Shown here: in pieces, positions 1 to 12,040 of the stretch
Numbering within the stretch: the first letter of the stretch is position 1
How the letters are laid out: every line of letters starts with the position of its first letter
NCBI RefSeq assembly: GCF_001194135.2
Contig: NC_068990.1
Coordinates: 30,368,227-30,432,226 of the forward strand
Direction: 5' to 3'
DNA: 64,000 bases
DNA from: Octopus bimaculoides
Taxonomy: Eukaryota
The notes under the pieces: generated by a model
Seen by the model: only the letters and a program-made list of their open reading frames with translations
What the model was told of the DNA's origin: nothing
Databases searched by the model: none
Position numbers and translations under genes: made by a program

Positions 1-832
1 GCTCTCCTTTCTTCCTTATTAAACTACATAAAAACATATACTGTAAAAAAGCTATATAAAATCACCATCATTCAATGTCTATTTTCCATGCTGGTAAGGG
101 TTGGATGGTGATAAGGTGGCAAGGCTGCACCAGGCTCCAGTCGTCTGCTTTGGCATGGTTTCTATGGCTAGATGGTGTGTGTGTATGTCTTTGTGACCAT
201 TTGTCCCCTTCCCCCACCATTTGACAGCCGGTGTTAGTGCCAGGCTCGGAGACAAAAACAAGTACTGGAATCAATTCATGTGACTAAAATTTTGGGTTTG
301 AAAACAGAACCGAGAGGAATCTTTTGTCTTTAGAAAGAGATTGTCTTTAAAGTAGAATAGCAGTCGATCAGCTAAGAAAGTAAAGATAATGTTACAATAA
401 AAAACTACGAGTCTTATTAAATACAGCTGTATTTCACAAGATTTGTGGTTTTTGTTAGACTTTTATTTATACATAGATAAAGACTGGATGGTCTCAGCTG
501 TAGAGTTTTGGGCTGAGATTAAACAGTAAAAGAGGAAGTCAAAAGCCGCTTACTGTTCTTTTCACCAGATTCTGACATTAGACTGCTCTTTCATGTTGCT
601 GTTGTTGTCATTGAGGTGATTACTATATAAATTGTAATAATACCTGTCGATGTACCTGTAGGCTCATGCCTGGCCACTGCTGACTTGCTGGTAGTTCATA
701 CTTAGTAGTTTAATCTCACTGGGTAATCTTTTCTTAACTGGAGAAGTCATTTAGAGGTTAGTCTCATTTAACATTGTCTCAGTGTGGCCTTCCCATTATC
801 AACTTATATTAATAATAATGATATTAACAATA

Positions 833-1232
833 ATGATTTCAAATTTTGGCACAAGGCCAGCAATTTTGGGGGAGAGGGGGGTAAGTTAATTACATTGACC
901 CCAGAGTTTCACTGGTACTTAATTTATTGACAGATGAAATGCCACTAAGCATTTTGCTGGCGTGCTAATAATTCTGCTAGCTCACCACTGTAGATAATTA
1001 TAATAATAATAATAATCCTTTCTACTAGAGGCACAAGGCCTGAAATTTAATGGGAGGTGGGGGGCAATTGATTAGATTGACTCCAGTATGCAACTGGTAC
1101 TTAATTTATTGACCCTGAAAGAATGAAAGGCAAAGTTGTCCTCGGCAGAATTTCAACTCAGAACGTAAAGACATGAAATGCCGCTAAGCATTTTGCCTGG
1201 TGTGTTAACGATTCTGCCAGCTCACCACCTTA
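833..1232 (-). mobile_element. Two head-to-tail copies of SINE family A (tRNA-like head, (ATT)n tail)
   Basis: Repeated motif ggcacaaggcc...actggtacttaatttattgacc...gaactcagaacgtaaag...ccagctcaccacctt, flanked by (aat)n. B box GAGTTCAAATTC on the minus strand in better-preserved copies. Confidence 0.85.
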
Positions 1233-1433
1233 ATAATAATAGTAATTTAACGTCCACTTTTCCATGCTTGCAATGGTCAGACAGAATTTGTTGTGTCAGC
1301 CCTCACCTGTACCTAACTAAGGTAATATTTCCCAGTGGTCAGACATGTTTTCCACAGAAGATTGGAAATGAACTACATCATTTATGTGACGGATATGCTT
1401 ACTTACATCCATCATAAGATGTCAAGGATAAGG

Positions 1434-1481
<48 letters not shown>

Positions 1482-1649
1482 TAGCCTTCTTTCAGTTTCT
1501 GTCTACCAAATCTATTTGCAAGGTTTTGGTCAGCCTGGGGCTACAGTGGGACTGAGCCTAAAACCATATTTGCACATATTATAATGTATTTATTAAATGT
1601 GAAGAAACGTGACTCTTTTCTCCTCCTCCTTCTCCTCAAATCTCTTCAG

Positions 1650-1728
1650 GTTTCAGCTAGATTTTATCAACAGTTCTTTCTAAAAGAGGAAGATGATAGC
1701 TTTCTCCCTCTTTATAATCACAGCTATG
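1650..1728 (+). other. Candidate alternative 5' exon (ATG at 1693, MIAFSLFIITAM, in frame with exon 32102)
   Basis: Pyrimidine-rich acceptor ending tctcttcag (1648-1649), donor ATG|gtaagt (1729), and an in-frame upstream TAA at 1681. Sequence signals only. Confidence 0.2.
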
Positions 1729-2107
1729 GTAAGTTTATTGCAGACCTGGATGTGAACTACCAGAGTGTACTTCACTCAACAAGAAAGTCTCTGTATGGGT
1801 GCTTGATCTGCTAGAAATAAGAACTAAATTTTCCTCATGCTATACCCCACATGTTTTAAACAAATAAAATCTAGAACTATATTGGATTATGTAGAATTAG
1901 ATGCATAATAGCTGAAAAAAAAAGACAGGATGGTCATAAATGTAATACTTGTGATCAAAAGTTTCTTTAGTCATGGTTGACCAAACAACACCAATCCAAT
2001 GTCACTCTCCACTGATTTGATGTTAATTTACCATTTCTAGAAGTGACTGAGTTGCCATCAGTAAGGTTTGAACTTATGAAATTGTTAATCTGATAATAAA
2101 TATTACT

Positions 2108-2246
2108 AAGCATGGCTGTTTAGTAAGAAATTTGGTTCCCAACCACAGAGTTTGGGTTGTAGTGCCAGTGTGTGGCACATTGGGTGAGTGTCTTGGGCTG
2201 ACCAAAGTCTTATGAATGGATTTGGTAGATGGAAACTGAAAGAAGA

Positions 2247-2281
<35 letters not shown>

Positions 2282-2475
2282 ATCCCCGCCACTACTTGAC
2301 TGACAACCAGTGTTGGTGTGTTTATGTCCCTGTGACTCAGCAGTTCAGCAAAAGAGGCCAATAGAATAAGTGCCAAGCTTAAAATTATAAGTACTATAGT
2401 CAATTCGTTTGACTGAAAAGAGTTCTTCAAGGTGGTGCCACAGCATGGCCACAGTCCAATGACTGAAGATAAAAA
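2108..2475 (+). mobile_element. SINE family B copy (tRNA-like head, internal (TG)n, tail ..cagcatggcc.cagtc.aatgactgaa)
   Basis: Co-linear with 45635-46040. Confidence 0.85.
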
Positions 2476-3614
2476 ATCCTAGTAGCTGTCCCTTACTCTT
2501 CTGCCTACATCACTGCGACCAAACGAATATACATAAGTGTGTAATTATCTTGTATTTCATGATATTTTTCCCATTATAATTAACAAAGTTGAAGAGATCT
2601 TAGTACGGTGGTGGTGGCTTTCATTGCAGCAGCTCTCAAGTTGGTGGTATGTAAGTGAAGATCTGTTGTCAGAGAATCTGTTTTTAATGACATAATAAAA
2701 GAAACTTTGTTCAGGGAGGAGGAAGGAATTCTTGTTGGGTCTCCATCTTGATACCGAAATCCTCCCAGAATAACACTGAGTGCTCTATTGTTTCTGGTTC
2801 ACTCCTCAAACTTAGGTTTATGGTTGTTGTTTTTTTTTTGTTTCCTTTTTTTTTCTTTCTTTTATCTAGAAGTTGCAGAGGAAGGGGATGGTCATAGCAG
2901 CAGCAGCAGCAGTATGAGTGGTTGTAGTAGTAGTAGTAGTAGTAGTAGTTGTAGTATGTACTTGACAAAGACATCTCTTGTCAAACATCCTTTTTCCCTG
3001 ATAAGTTGTGGAAATTGAAGATTTGCAAAAAAGAATTTCAATACAATAAAAAAAAACACCCCAAAACAAAAAAAAAAAAAGAACCCAAAGATTTTAAGAC
3101 CACGTTTGCTTGCTTCCATCAATAATGGTTTGTAAAAAGATTTAATTGGAGGAGTTTTGTTTGTTGGTCTTTTTGTATTTTTGTGAAAGTTTTAACATTT
3201 TGACTTCCAACACGTGGCATAGAGTGGCTATGAGATGAAGTTACTGCATTGCTAATCCAAAGATCATGGGTTCAATATCAATGCAGTATTTCTACTTGGC
3301 ACCATTCACTACTCTGAAAGTAGGTACCAGTAACATTCTCCACATAAGCAATGGGTGGTAAATAGGGTATCAGGAACTGTTTAGGAGGGNNNNNNNNNNN
3401 NNNNNNNNNNNNNNNNNNNNNNNNNNNNNNNNNNNNNNNNNNNNNNNNNNNNNNNNNNNNNNNNNNNNNNNNNNNNNNNNNNNNNNNNNNNNNNNNNNNN
3501 NNNNNNNNNNNNNNNNNNNNNNNNNNNNNNNNNNNNNNNNNNNNNNNNNNNNNNNNNNNNNNNNNNNNNNNNNNNNNNNNNNNNNNNNNNNNNNNNNNNN
3601 NNNNNNNNNNNNNN

Positions 3615-3940
3615 CTTAGGCAAGTGTCTTTTACCTGTAGCTTTGGTTTGACCAAAGCCTGGAGTAGATTTGGTAGTCAAAAACTGAAAGAAGTCCATAT
3701 ATATATATATATGTGTGTGTGTGTTTGTGTGTCTGTGTTTGTCCCTCATTACTACTTAACAGGTGTTGGTGTGTTTATGTCCCCATAACTTAGCTGTTCA
3801 GCAAAAGAGACTGATAGAATGAGTACTAGGCTTGAGAGAAAAAAATGAGTACTGGGTTCAATCCATTTGTTTAAAAATTCAAGGTGGTGCCCCAGCATGG
3901 CCACATTCAAATGACTGAAACAAGTGAAAGGTAAAAGATT
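3615..3940 (+). mobile_element. SINE family B copy (5' part lies in the N gap)
   Basis: ggcaagtgtctt...ggtggtgccccagcatggccacattcaaatgactgaaacaag. Confidence 0.85.
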
Positions 3941-5249
3941 GGATAGAGACTAGTGTTGTTTGCAGAGGAAATATCTCGTAACCACTCCTTATAGAAATCG
4001 GTGTAGGATGTTGGTGTTTAAGGCAACTTTTGGTTTTGTGATGTTGAGGTGTGGACTAGAAGATTTTATAACCAGAATCTAAAGATTGTCTACAAAATAA
4101 AATGGTAATGCTAACTTTTAGTTCTTCCACAAACTGATTATATCTGATTATATCTTATCTCTGAATCTTCTGCTACTTCTACAGTGGCCTACCTTCTAAA
4201 TATAAACTCATTCTTGAAGTGGAGGCACACTTGATTTTTGTGGATCTCATGTCCAGTTCCGAAAATTTATCACAAGCTTAACTCTCTAATCTTATGATCC
4301 TCTGATCTAAGAGAATGAGACTGCAGGCAGTCTTTTTTTCTATTTTAAATTTAAATTTAATATTTAACATCTGTTCTTGTTTTTTCCAAGCCAACATGCA
4401 TTGTAAGGCTTTCACAAATTTTGTTATTTGCATGGTGCAGGAGCAAGCTGTTGCAGCTTGATATCATTCTCACTGCTAGCCCACTCAACCGTGAAGTGCC
4501 CACTTGTCAGCCATACAGACAGAAGCAAGCAGAGTTGTGTACCTTGATTTACTACTAGGTATAAGTAACACTTGAAGTTAGTTAACCAACATCTTAATCT
4601 CAATGCTGTGGCCAATATAACCAGTAAATAAAATGTCAGCTGATGACAAGAAAATTTAATTATTTTCTGATATAGGCTTCAGTTTTAAGTTGATATTTAA
4701 TTTGTCTCTGATTGTTAAAATTCTTTTCATTTCTGTTAAGTATTGTCATAAAATACTTAGAATGGTTGTGCCAAAATAAGTATGAAAAACTAGAGCTATT
4801 AATAGCTGAAAATGTAGGCAAAATTAATTAATTATACACATTATTATGGCTTCTGTTCCTACTGATAATATTCAGTCTATTAATTATTAATTATTCTTGT
4901 TAGTAATTAGAAAAATGCATGCCAAATTTTAATCTAATTGGGTGCAGAGAATGTAGCTCCAAATTAATACTTAATCCTATAAATATGAAGTTTATTAGCT
5001 CTGAAATAAATTAGGTATTTTGTTGTTTTTGTTATTATTCAAGGTAGTTCAAGTGGTAGGACTTCTAGAGTATTAAACTAAAGGCTTTCTTCTGTTAAAT
5101 AAAACCCTTATTATTCTGCATTTAACTCCTACTTAGGTATCAACTTGTCCTTACATTTTCCCTGGGTTGATAAAATAAGTACCAGTAATGCAATGGGATC
5201 AATTTATCAGTTGTACTCCTTATGTATTTGTGACCTTATGCCAATACTC

Positions 5250-5560
5250 ATCATCATTGTCGTTTAACGTCTGCCTCCCATGCTGGCATGGATGGGATGG
5301 TTGACAGGAGCTGGCCAGACAGGAGTCTGCACCAGATTTCTGTGACCATTTTAGCAGGATTTTTATAGCTGGATGCCCTTCCTCACACCAACCACTCAAC
5401 AGAGTGGAGTTAGTGCTTTTTATGTGGCACAAGCACAGGTGAGGTTAGTTTTGGCAAGGCTTTTACAGCTGGATGCCCTTCCGAACACCGACCACTTTAC
5501 AGTGTGAACTGGGTGCTTTTTAAAGTGGTACCAGCACTGACAGGGTCACCAAGTACCTTG
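5250..5560 (-). mobile_element. SINE family C copy with a duplicated core
   Basis: gctggatgcccttcc occurs twice (~5368 and ~5468); tail at 5250-5300. Confidence 0.8.
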
Positions 5561-5627
5561 CAAGATGAAAAAAAAAGATCTTATTAACATATTGACCTTG
5601 TGCCAAAAATTAGAAAGAATTATTATT

Positions 5628-5850
5628 GAATGGTAGATTGGCAGAATTGTTAGAGCATTAGAAAAATGGCTTTGCAGTATTTCTTTAAGCTCTTTACACT
5701 CTGAGTTCAATTCTCACCAGAGTCAACTTTGCGCTTCATTCTTTTATTCTTGATAAAATGAAATACCAGTCATGTATTTGGTTTCATGTGATCTACTAAT
5801 CCTTTGATCTCAAAATTGTTGGCCTTGTACCTATGTCAAAATTCATTAAT
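5628..5850 (+). mobile_element. Diverged SINE family A copy
   Basis: ttggcagaattgttag...ctgagttcaattctcacc...ggccttgtacc. Confidence 0.7.
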
Positions 5851-6214
5851 TTGTGGAGATGGCCTTAATACAATAGGCAAGCCTTGCTGTTTTTGGCTTT
5901 CTTAATTTTCTGCTATTTCAGTGTTGTCAGTTAAATTTTTCTAGGGTCAACAATGTGTTTCTGTTCTTTGGTTTGTTAAAGCAACTACTACTACTACTAC
6001 TAATAATAATCTGGTCTAAAAATCAATTGGCTGTATCTCTCTCCAGCAAAGTTGGCACTGTGCCTTGTAAAAATCTCATTGTTTTCAGTGGCATAAATTC
6101 TAGCTCCAATGTTTACAAACCAGTTTCAAGTCATAGAACTGAATAATAAGACACTGGTTGGTTCTTGTTGTTACTGTTGTTGTTGTTGTTGCTGCTGCTG
6201 CTGCTGATAATAAT

Positions 6215-7022
6215 TTCATATTTTGGCACAAGGCCAGCAATTTAAAGGAGTGGGCAGTGTTGATTATATTGATTCCAGTACTTGACTGGTGCTTAATTCT
6301 ATTGACCCCAAGAAGAGGAAAGACAAAATTGACCTTGGTTGGATTAGAACCCAGAACATAAAAAGCCAGAACAAATACTGCAAAGCATTTTCTCTGCTCT
6401 AATGATTCTGCCACTCGTTGCCTTAATGACAACAACAACAACAATAATAATAATAATAATAATCCTTTCTACTATAGGCACAAGGCCTGAAATTTCAGGA
6501 GAGGGTGGTGGTGGGGCTAGTCGATTACATTGACTCCAGTATTTGACTGGTACTTAATTTCATTGACCCCAAAAGGGATTAAAGGCAAAGTCAAACCTCG
6601 GAAAATTAGAACTCAGAACGTAAAGATGGATGGAATGCCGCTAAGCATTTTACCCAGCATGCTAACAATTGTGCCAGCTCACCACCTTAATAATTGGCTG
6701 TAAAGCCAGCAGTTTTAGGGGAGGAGTAAGTTGCCCCCCCCCCCACCAGCACTCAACTTGTATTTTATTGACCTTGAAAGGATGAATGGCAAAATTGATT
6801 TTGGTGTTTCAGATTCTGGCATAAGGCCAGCAATTCAGGGAGTGGGTATTAGTTGATTATACCAACCACAGTATTTGACTGGTACTTTGACCCCCCCCTC
6901 CAAAGGATTGAAAGGCAGAGTTGACCTTGATAGTATTTGAACTCAAAGTGTAAAGAGCCAGAAGGTACACTGCTAAACATTTTGTCTGATGTGCTAACGA
7001 TTCTGCCAACCAGCTGCTTCCT
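6215..7022 (-). mobile_element. Array of about 4 same-orientation SINE family A copies
   Basis: Family A motif restarts at ~6215, 6462, 6700 and 6810, with (aat)n-type spacers. Confidence 0.85.
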
Positions 7023-8071
7023 TTATTAATAATAATGATAATAATTGCTGAAATCATCATCATCTACCCTGTCATTATTACTTTTATATCTTTTCCTATA
7101 AAAAATTCTAGCTAGTCTTTCTTTTTTTTTTACTCCTTATTTTTCTTCTCTCTACCCCCTTTTCACCTTTTTGCTTTTATTTAGATTTCTCTTCTTGAAT
7201 TCTGTGATAGTATTCACTGTACCTCCAACCCTAGGCTCTAATTAACCTGTCAAATGGTTCTTGACCCTGAGTCTGTTATGTAATGTCAGCATTGTGGTGA
7301 ATTAGTTCCACCCAAAGCATCCTGGTTTCCAGAAACACACAACTAATTTAGTAAATGAGACAATGACAGGTTAGTTGAAACAGCCAAACTTGTCATCTGC
7401 TTCAGATAAATGCAAACTTGATAACACACTTAAGAAAACCCATGGGTCAAATGACAATTTGACAGAATTAACAAAACAAAAACAAATCATTTAAAATTTG
7501 GCGAAGGGGAAAAAAAAATAATGTTGAAAATGTTAAAATGTATTTTCAGTTTTTATTTTGTTTCATAAAGAATTGTTGTCTTTTTTTTTCTCCTTTTCCC
7601 CTTAGTGTTACAGTTGTGTTGTATACAATTGTATACAATTGTAAAAGTTTATAGTTCCATGCTGCACCAAGGCTTGGAGTCATATTTGAGTTTGAATAAT
7701 GATTTCAAGCCATACACCAAGGTCTTTAAACCCCTTTCGGGGGAGAGGGAGGAAGGGAGCCTATTGATTCATGCTTGCATGCCAATGAGAAAAGCAATAA
7801 GAATCTATTNNNNNNNNNNNNNNNNNNNNNNNNNNNNNNNNNNNNNNNNNNNNNNNNNNNNNNNNNNNNNNNNNNNNNNNNNNNNNNNNNNNNNNNNNNN
7901 NNNNNNNNNNNNNNNNNNNNNNNNNNNNNNNNNNNNNNNNNNNNNNNNNNNNNNNNNNNNNNNNNNNNNNNNNNNNNNNNNNNNNNNNNNNNNNNNNNNN
8001 NNNNNNNNNNNNNNNNNNNNNNNNNNNNNNNNNNNNNNNNNNNNNNNNNNNNNNNNNNNNNNNNNNNNNNN

Positions 8072-8250
8072 GGGTGGGTATGTGGTAAGAAGCTTGCTTC
8101 CCAACCATATGGTTCTAGGTTCAGTTCCACTGTGTGAAATCTGGGGCAAGTGTCTTATATCATAACCTTGGGCCAACCAAAGCCTTGTGAGTGGATTTGG
8201 TAGATGGAAACTGAAAGAAGCCCGTCACATACACACACACACACACACAC
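8072..8250 (+). mobile_element. SINE family B 5' half
   Basis: tgtggtaagaagcttgcttcccaaccatatggttctaggttcagttccactg...gaaactgaaagaagcccgtc. Confidence 0.85.
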
Positions 8251-8269
8251 ACATATACATACATTAATA

Positions 8270-8690
8270 GTAATGGTATGAGAATAAAAGAATGAACGAG
8301 ACCTCGATATTATGTAAATAGAGGAATTTATCTGTAAAATAATATGTGACAATTATTCAATTGCCATAATAAGACTCCGAGTTTCGGATGTCGGGGTGGA
8401 AGTCTGCGCCGGCATTTTGTCAGTTATCAAGGCAATCAAAAAATGCAGATTTCCATCCTGATATTTGAAACAGAAATGGATTCTGCCTCTGATGTCTGTC
8501 TGTTGTTGACATGTTAATAATTTCCAAAGCTGCTATAAAACAAGTATTTTACACAAATGAGTGTGTGGTCTCGCTCTTCATTTGGTTCAATTTCGTTGGA
8601 CATCCTGGTTCCATTCTACTCCCTTTACACAACCGTACAAAGCTGATGTCATTGGTTTTTACTTTGAAACAATCCCTCAGAGCTACTGGA
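8270..8690 (-). mobile_element. Possible Penelope-like pseudo-LTR remnant hosting the 8368-8428 hammerhead
   Basis: Non-SINE, locally CpG-containing segment around the hammerhead motif. The class is inferred from the known PLE-hammerhead association. Confidence 0.35.
8368..8428 (-). ncRNA. Degenerate minimal type I hammerhead ribozyme with GUC cleavage triplet, unrelated in sequence to the 53.6-kb family
   Basis: Minus strand: gataa-CTGACAA-a-atgccgg[..]ccgacat-cc-GAA-ACTC-g-GAGT-C-ttatt. Stems I and III are fully paired, stem II pairs at 6/7, and G8 is mutated to A. Confidence 0.6.
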
Positions 8691-10239
8691 TGAAGTTGGA
8701 AAATAATCTACTGTGGTATTAAATGTCCTCCATAAGTTTTAACCAAGTGAATCTAATGAAAAATTTAAATTGGGATTGTGACCTAGTTTGTGATGCCCAT
8801 TCTACTACATGGGACACTGTTGACCATTTTATAAATAGTGGTTAGTAGTAGCAATGGCAGGAATTCTGTCTCTTCATATCAGTAATGATGTCACTACTCA
8901 TTCTTCTAAAATAGCCCAGTTTTGTAATCTTGGCACCTCCATATATCACTTTGCCTCATTGCAGATAACAAGTTCTTCCTCTCACATCACTCTCCAACTT
9001 TCTTCTTGTCCCTTTGTTTCTCCTCTTATATTAAATACTGACTGGCTATGGAGGGTTCACCCGAGTAAAACGGGAATCAAAGGGGTTCATAGGTAAAAAA
9101 AATGGCTGATAACTACTTGTGTAGGGGCTCCCTTCATTTATCTGAGATATAGTTTCAGTTATATGTCATTTTTGTAAGTTTAAATTTTCTTCTGTTTCTA
9201 GGTTTAGATTTTGGCCAAGAATTAGGGAATTGGTTTAGAAACAGAATATAAACAAGGGATTAATTATGTATTATCATTTAGATGTTCTGTATATCTCAGC
9301 TTTGATAATACCAAACATTTATGTGTTTCCAGTGTATTCCTTTGAAGCCATGTGTTTACAGTTCAACCTTTTACTTTGAGGGAAACATTTGTGGATTAAA
9401 ACTTTTGATCCTCTTGATAAGGATCAGGTTTAAGTGTTTCATGTTTGTTAAACATGGTTTTATTTTAATTTTCTTTTTTTTTTTTTTCTGTTGATACAAT
9501 TTTATTTTGGTGTGATTTTGGTTTTTTCTGAGACGATGAAATCTCTTTAGTTTGGTATTTTCTCAGTACTTTCTTGCTATTTCTAAACTGCCAAGGGGCT
9601 GATATATTATCCACAGAGTTGATGCTTATTGATCTTGAGTTTGGTTTTGTCTTGGAACAAAATATCACTATTTACTGTGTTTTCTGTGTAATGTTTGTTA
9701 TATTCCCAGTGGTAAATAATTTAAATTTTATTTTTTTTATTATTTCTAAATTTTATCTGATTGACTAAACAGTTCAGTTTCCTTTTTTTCTGGAAGAATA
9801 TAAATGGAGTTACACTGTGAGTCCTAAAACTTGTTGGCAAACTTGCAGCAACAGTGCTGTGGTTATTAGTATTGTAAACAAGTATCCACTCTCACTGTTT
9901 ATATATTATAGGAGATCTGGCTGTTTTGTGTAATTCCTCTTCTACAAGCTTTGTTAGGTATAAGGCTACCATACTTGTGTTGATTTGGAAGGGTGACAGC
10001 TATGGTCTACCAGACCGGATTGAATAAAAGAAACTAGAAACACTAGCGGTAAAATATAACGGTGGTGTTGATGGTGGTGGCAAGAATTATAGTTACTCAA
10101 TAATATTGTTAGTTGATGTAAATAAACAATTTCTTTTAAGAAATTCCATAAAATGCAAAATAGAAATATCATTAAAATAGATATTTTTTTTATAAAATGA
10201 ACTGTGAAAGGGATTCTTAAAAATTTCTGTGGAGTTTAA

Positions 10240-10375
10240 CTCTTTGAGCCCTGACCTCCTAAACCTTATTCGACCCTATACCTGGCTTCCTGATGCACTC
10301 CCCCAGTAGAGCAGTGTTATGGTATAGAGAAAAATAAGCCATCTGCTAGTAAACCAGTGTTACAAGCTCAAAGGG
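10240..10375. mobile_element. 136-bp piggyBac-like MITE
   Basis: TTAA|ctctttgagc ... gctcaaaggg|TTAA: 10-bp TIR with 1 mismatch and TTAA on both sides. Confidence 0.7.
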
Positions 10376-11874
10376 TTAATAACAAACATTTTTCTAATGT
10401 TTGTTTTTTGTAGGTAATTGTTTAAAATGACTTATGGTGTCTGATATAGGTGGTTATCTATTGGAAATGGAGGAGTTCAGGAGACAGGGTACTCAGTCAT
10501 AAGGTCAAAAGTTAGTTTTTCATAGTTTTAAAAGCATTCTGTGGTTTTTATTTCAGTACAGATCCCATTTAATGGTGAAGTTGTAACTAGTGGAAACTCA
10601 TTTGTGTAGAAACTCACTTATGTAGAAAGATTTGCTTCAGCAGTTTGTATGAATTTATGAAACTTTACCATCCTGTATAATTAATTAATTGGGTGCTACT
10701 ATATGAGTCAACCAAAATGTTTTAATGACTTAAAATTACCCTCATTATGAAGTGGGGAAATAACTTGATAATTTTTGCCAAGGAAAGCAACCTTGAAAAT
10801 CAAATGAATTAAAAATTGAATAGGGTTGTGGGGTGGCAGGTTCATATAGAAACTCACTAGATCCTAGAATGATTGATGGAATAAAGATTTATAAAGACTG
10901 ATAGAATAAAGATTCTCTCAGATTTTGTGCTGATGAGAGCAAATAATACTCAAACATGTTCAGTTCTCACTGTGTTTGTTAACTATCAGATTCACTTCCT
11001 TCCTACTTAACACCTTTTCACTTTTTAATTCTGATTTTGAGTTTGATACTTGTCTCTTGACAAAAATTATTAATGCTAATGACTTTTCTTCTTTGTTACA
11101 AGTGTCATTTTAATTGAATAATGCTTGGGGAGATCTCCACATATGTTAACCTGTCCCCTACTTAACTGTGTGTTCTTTACGGAGAGGCATATCTGGGAAA
11201 ATTTTCCCGTGTCTTTGCTGCCCTATATTTGTTAGAATAGTAAAAAGAGATGTGTTAATTAGTCTCTAAAGAGTTAATTATATAGAAAAAATATTGGAAA
11301 TTATTTAACTATGGTGGTAGAGAGTTGGAGTGATGTGGAGTTGGTTAAACTGGCTTTTAAAACTGGGTGAAAAGGGTGAAATAGAAGTGATTTGGTGCAG
11401 GGACAATGTGAATTGGGTTAAGCTGTAAAATTGGTTCTAACTGAAAAGTTTTCTTTCCTGCAGATGTTATCAGTAACAGACGAACATGTCTGAAGTGGTG
11501 TGAGCCATATGTTGAAATGGGATAACATAAGATGGCAGTACATGATGGAAGATAATTTGAAGAGAGCTGGGTCACAGACGATGTGGAATAAAAACTGTTG
11601 GTTGTCTAGTTGTGCTGCCTGACCTCAGAGAGGGCTAAGCAACCATCAGTATTGTTGTTATTCTCCTCATCAGGCTTCTCAGCTTTGTTTATCCTATTTT
11701 CACAGCTCACTCCCTGATTTTGGTGATCTTCTCTGCTCCTTTCTTTTATATGTTGTAGAGTGGGGCTTTAGCTGTGGGAGAGGGAAGGTCTTTATTGCAA
11801 ATTTCGGGTGTATAGAGTGAGCCAAACATTCCTTTAGATATGTCCCACTTATACTATTTATAACCCTTGTCTAT

Positions 11875-12040
11875 CATCGTCATCATCATTTAACGTCCGT
11901 TTTTCCATGCTGGCATGGGTTAGATAGTTTGACAAGAGCTGGCAAACTAGAGGGCTGTACCAGGCTCTAGTCATCTGTTTTGGCATGATGTCTATGGCTG
12001 GATGCCCTTCCTAATGCCAAGGGCATTTCTGTTGTTAGTT
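11875..12040 (-). mobile_element. SINE family C 3' part
   Basis: catcatcatttaacgtccgtttttccatgctggcatggg...ggctggatgcccttcctaatgccaa. Confidence 0.85.

Noticed and set aside
2788-3122. ORFs and a polypyrimidine/AG site around (CAG)n(TAG)n
   Set aside because: Microsatellite-derived, with no good donor and no recognisable protein.
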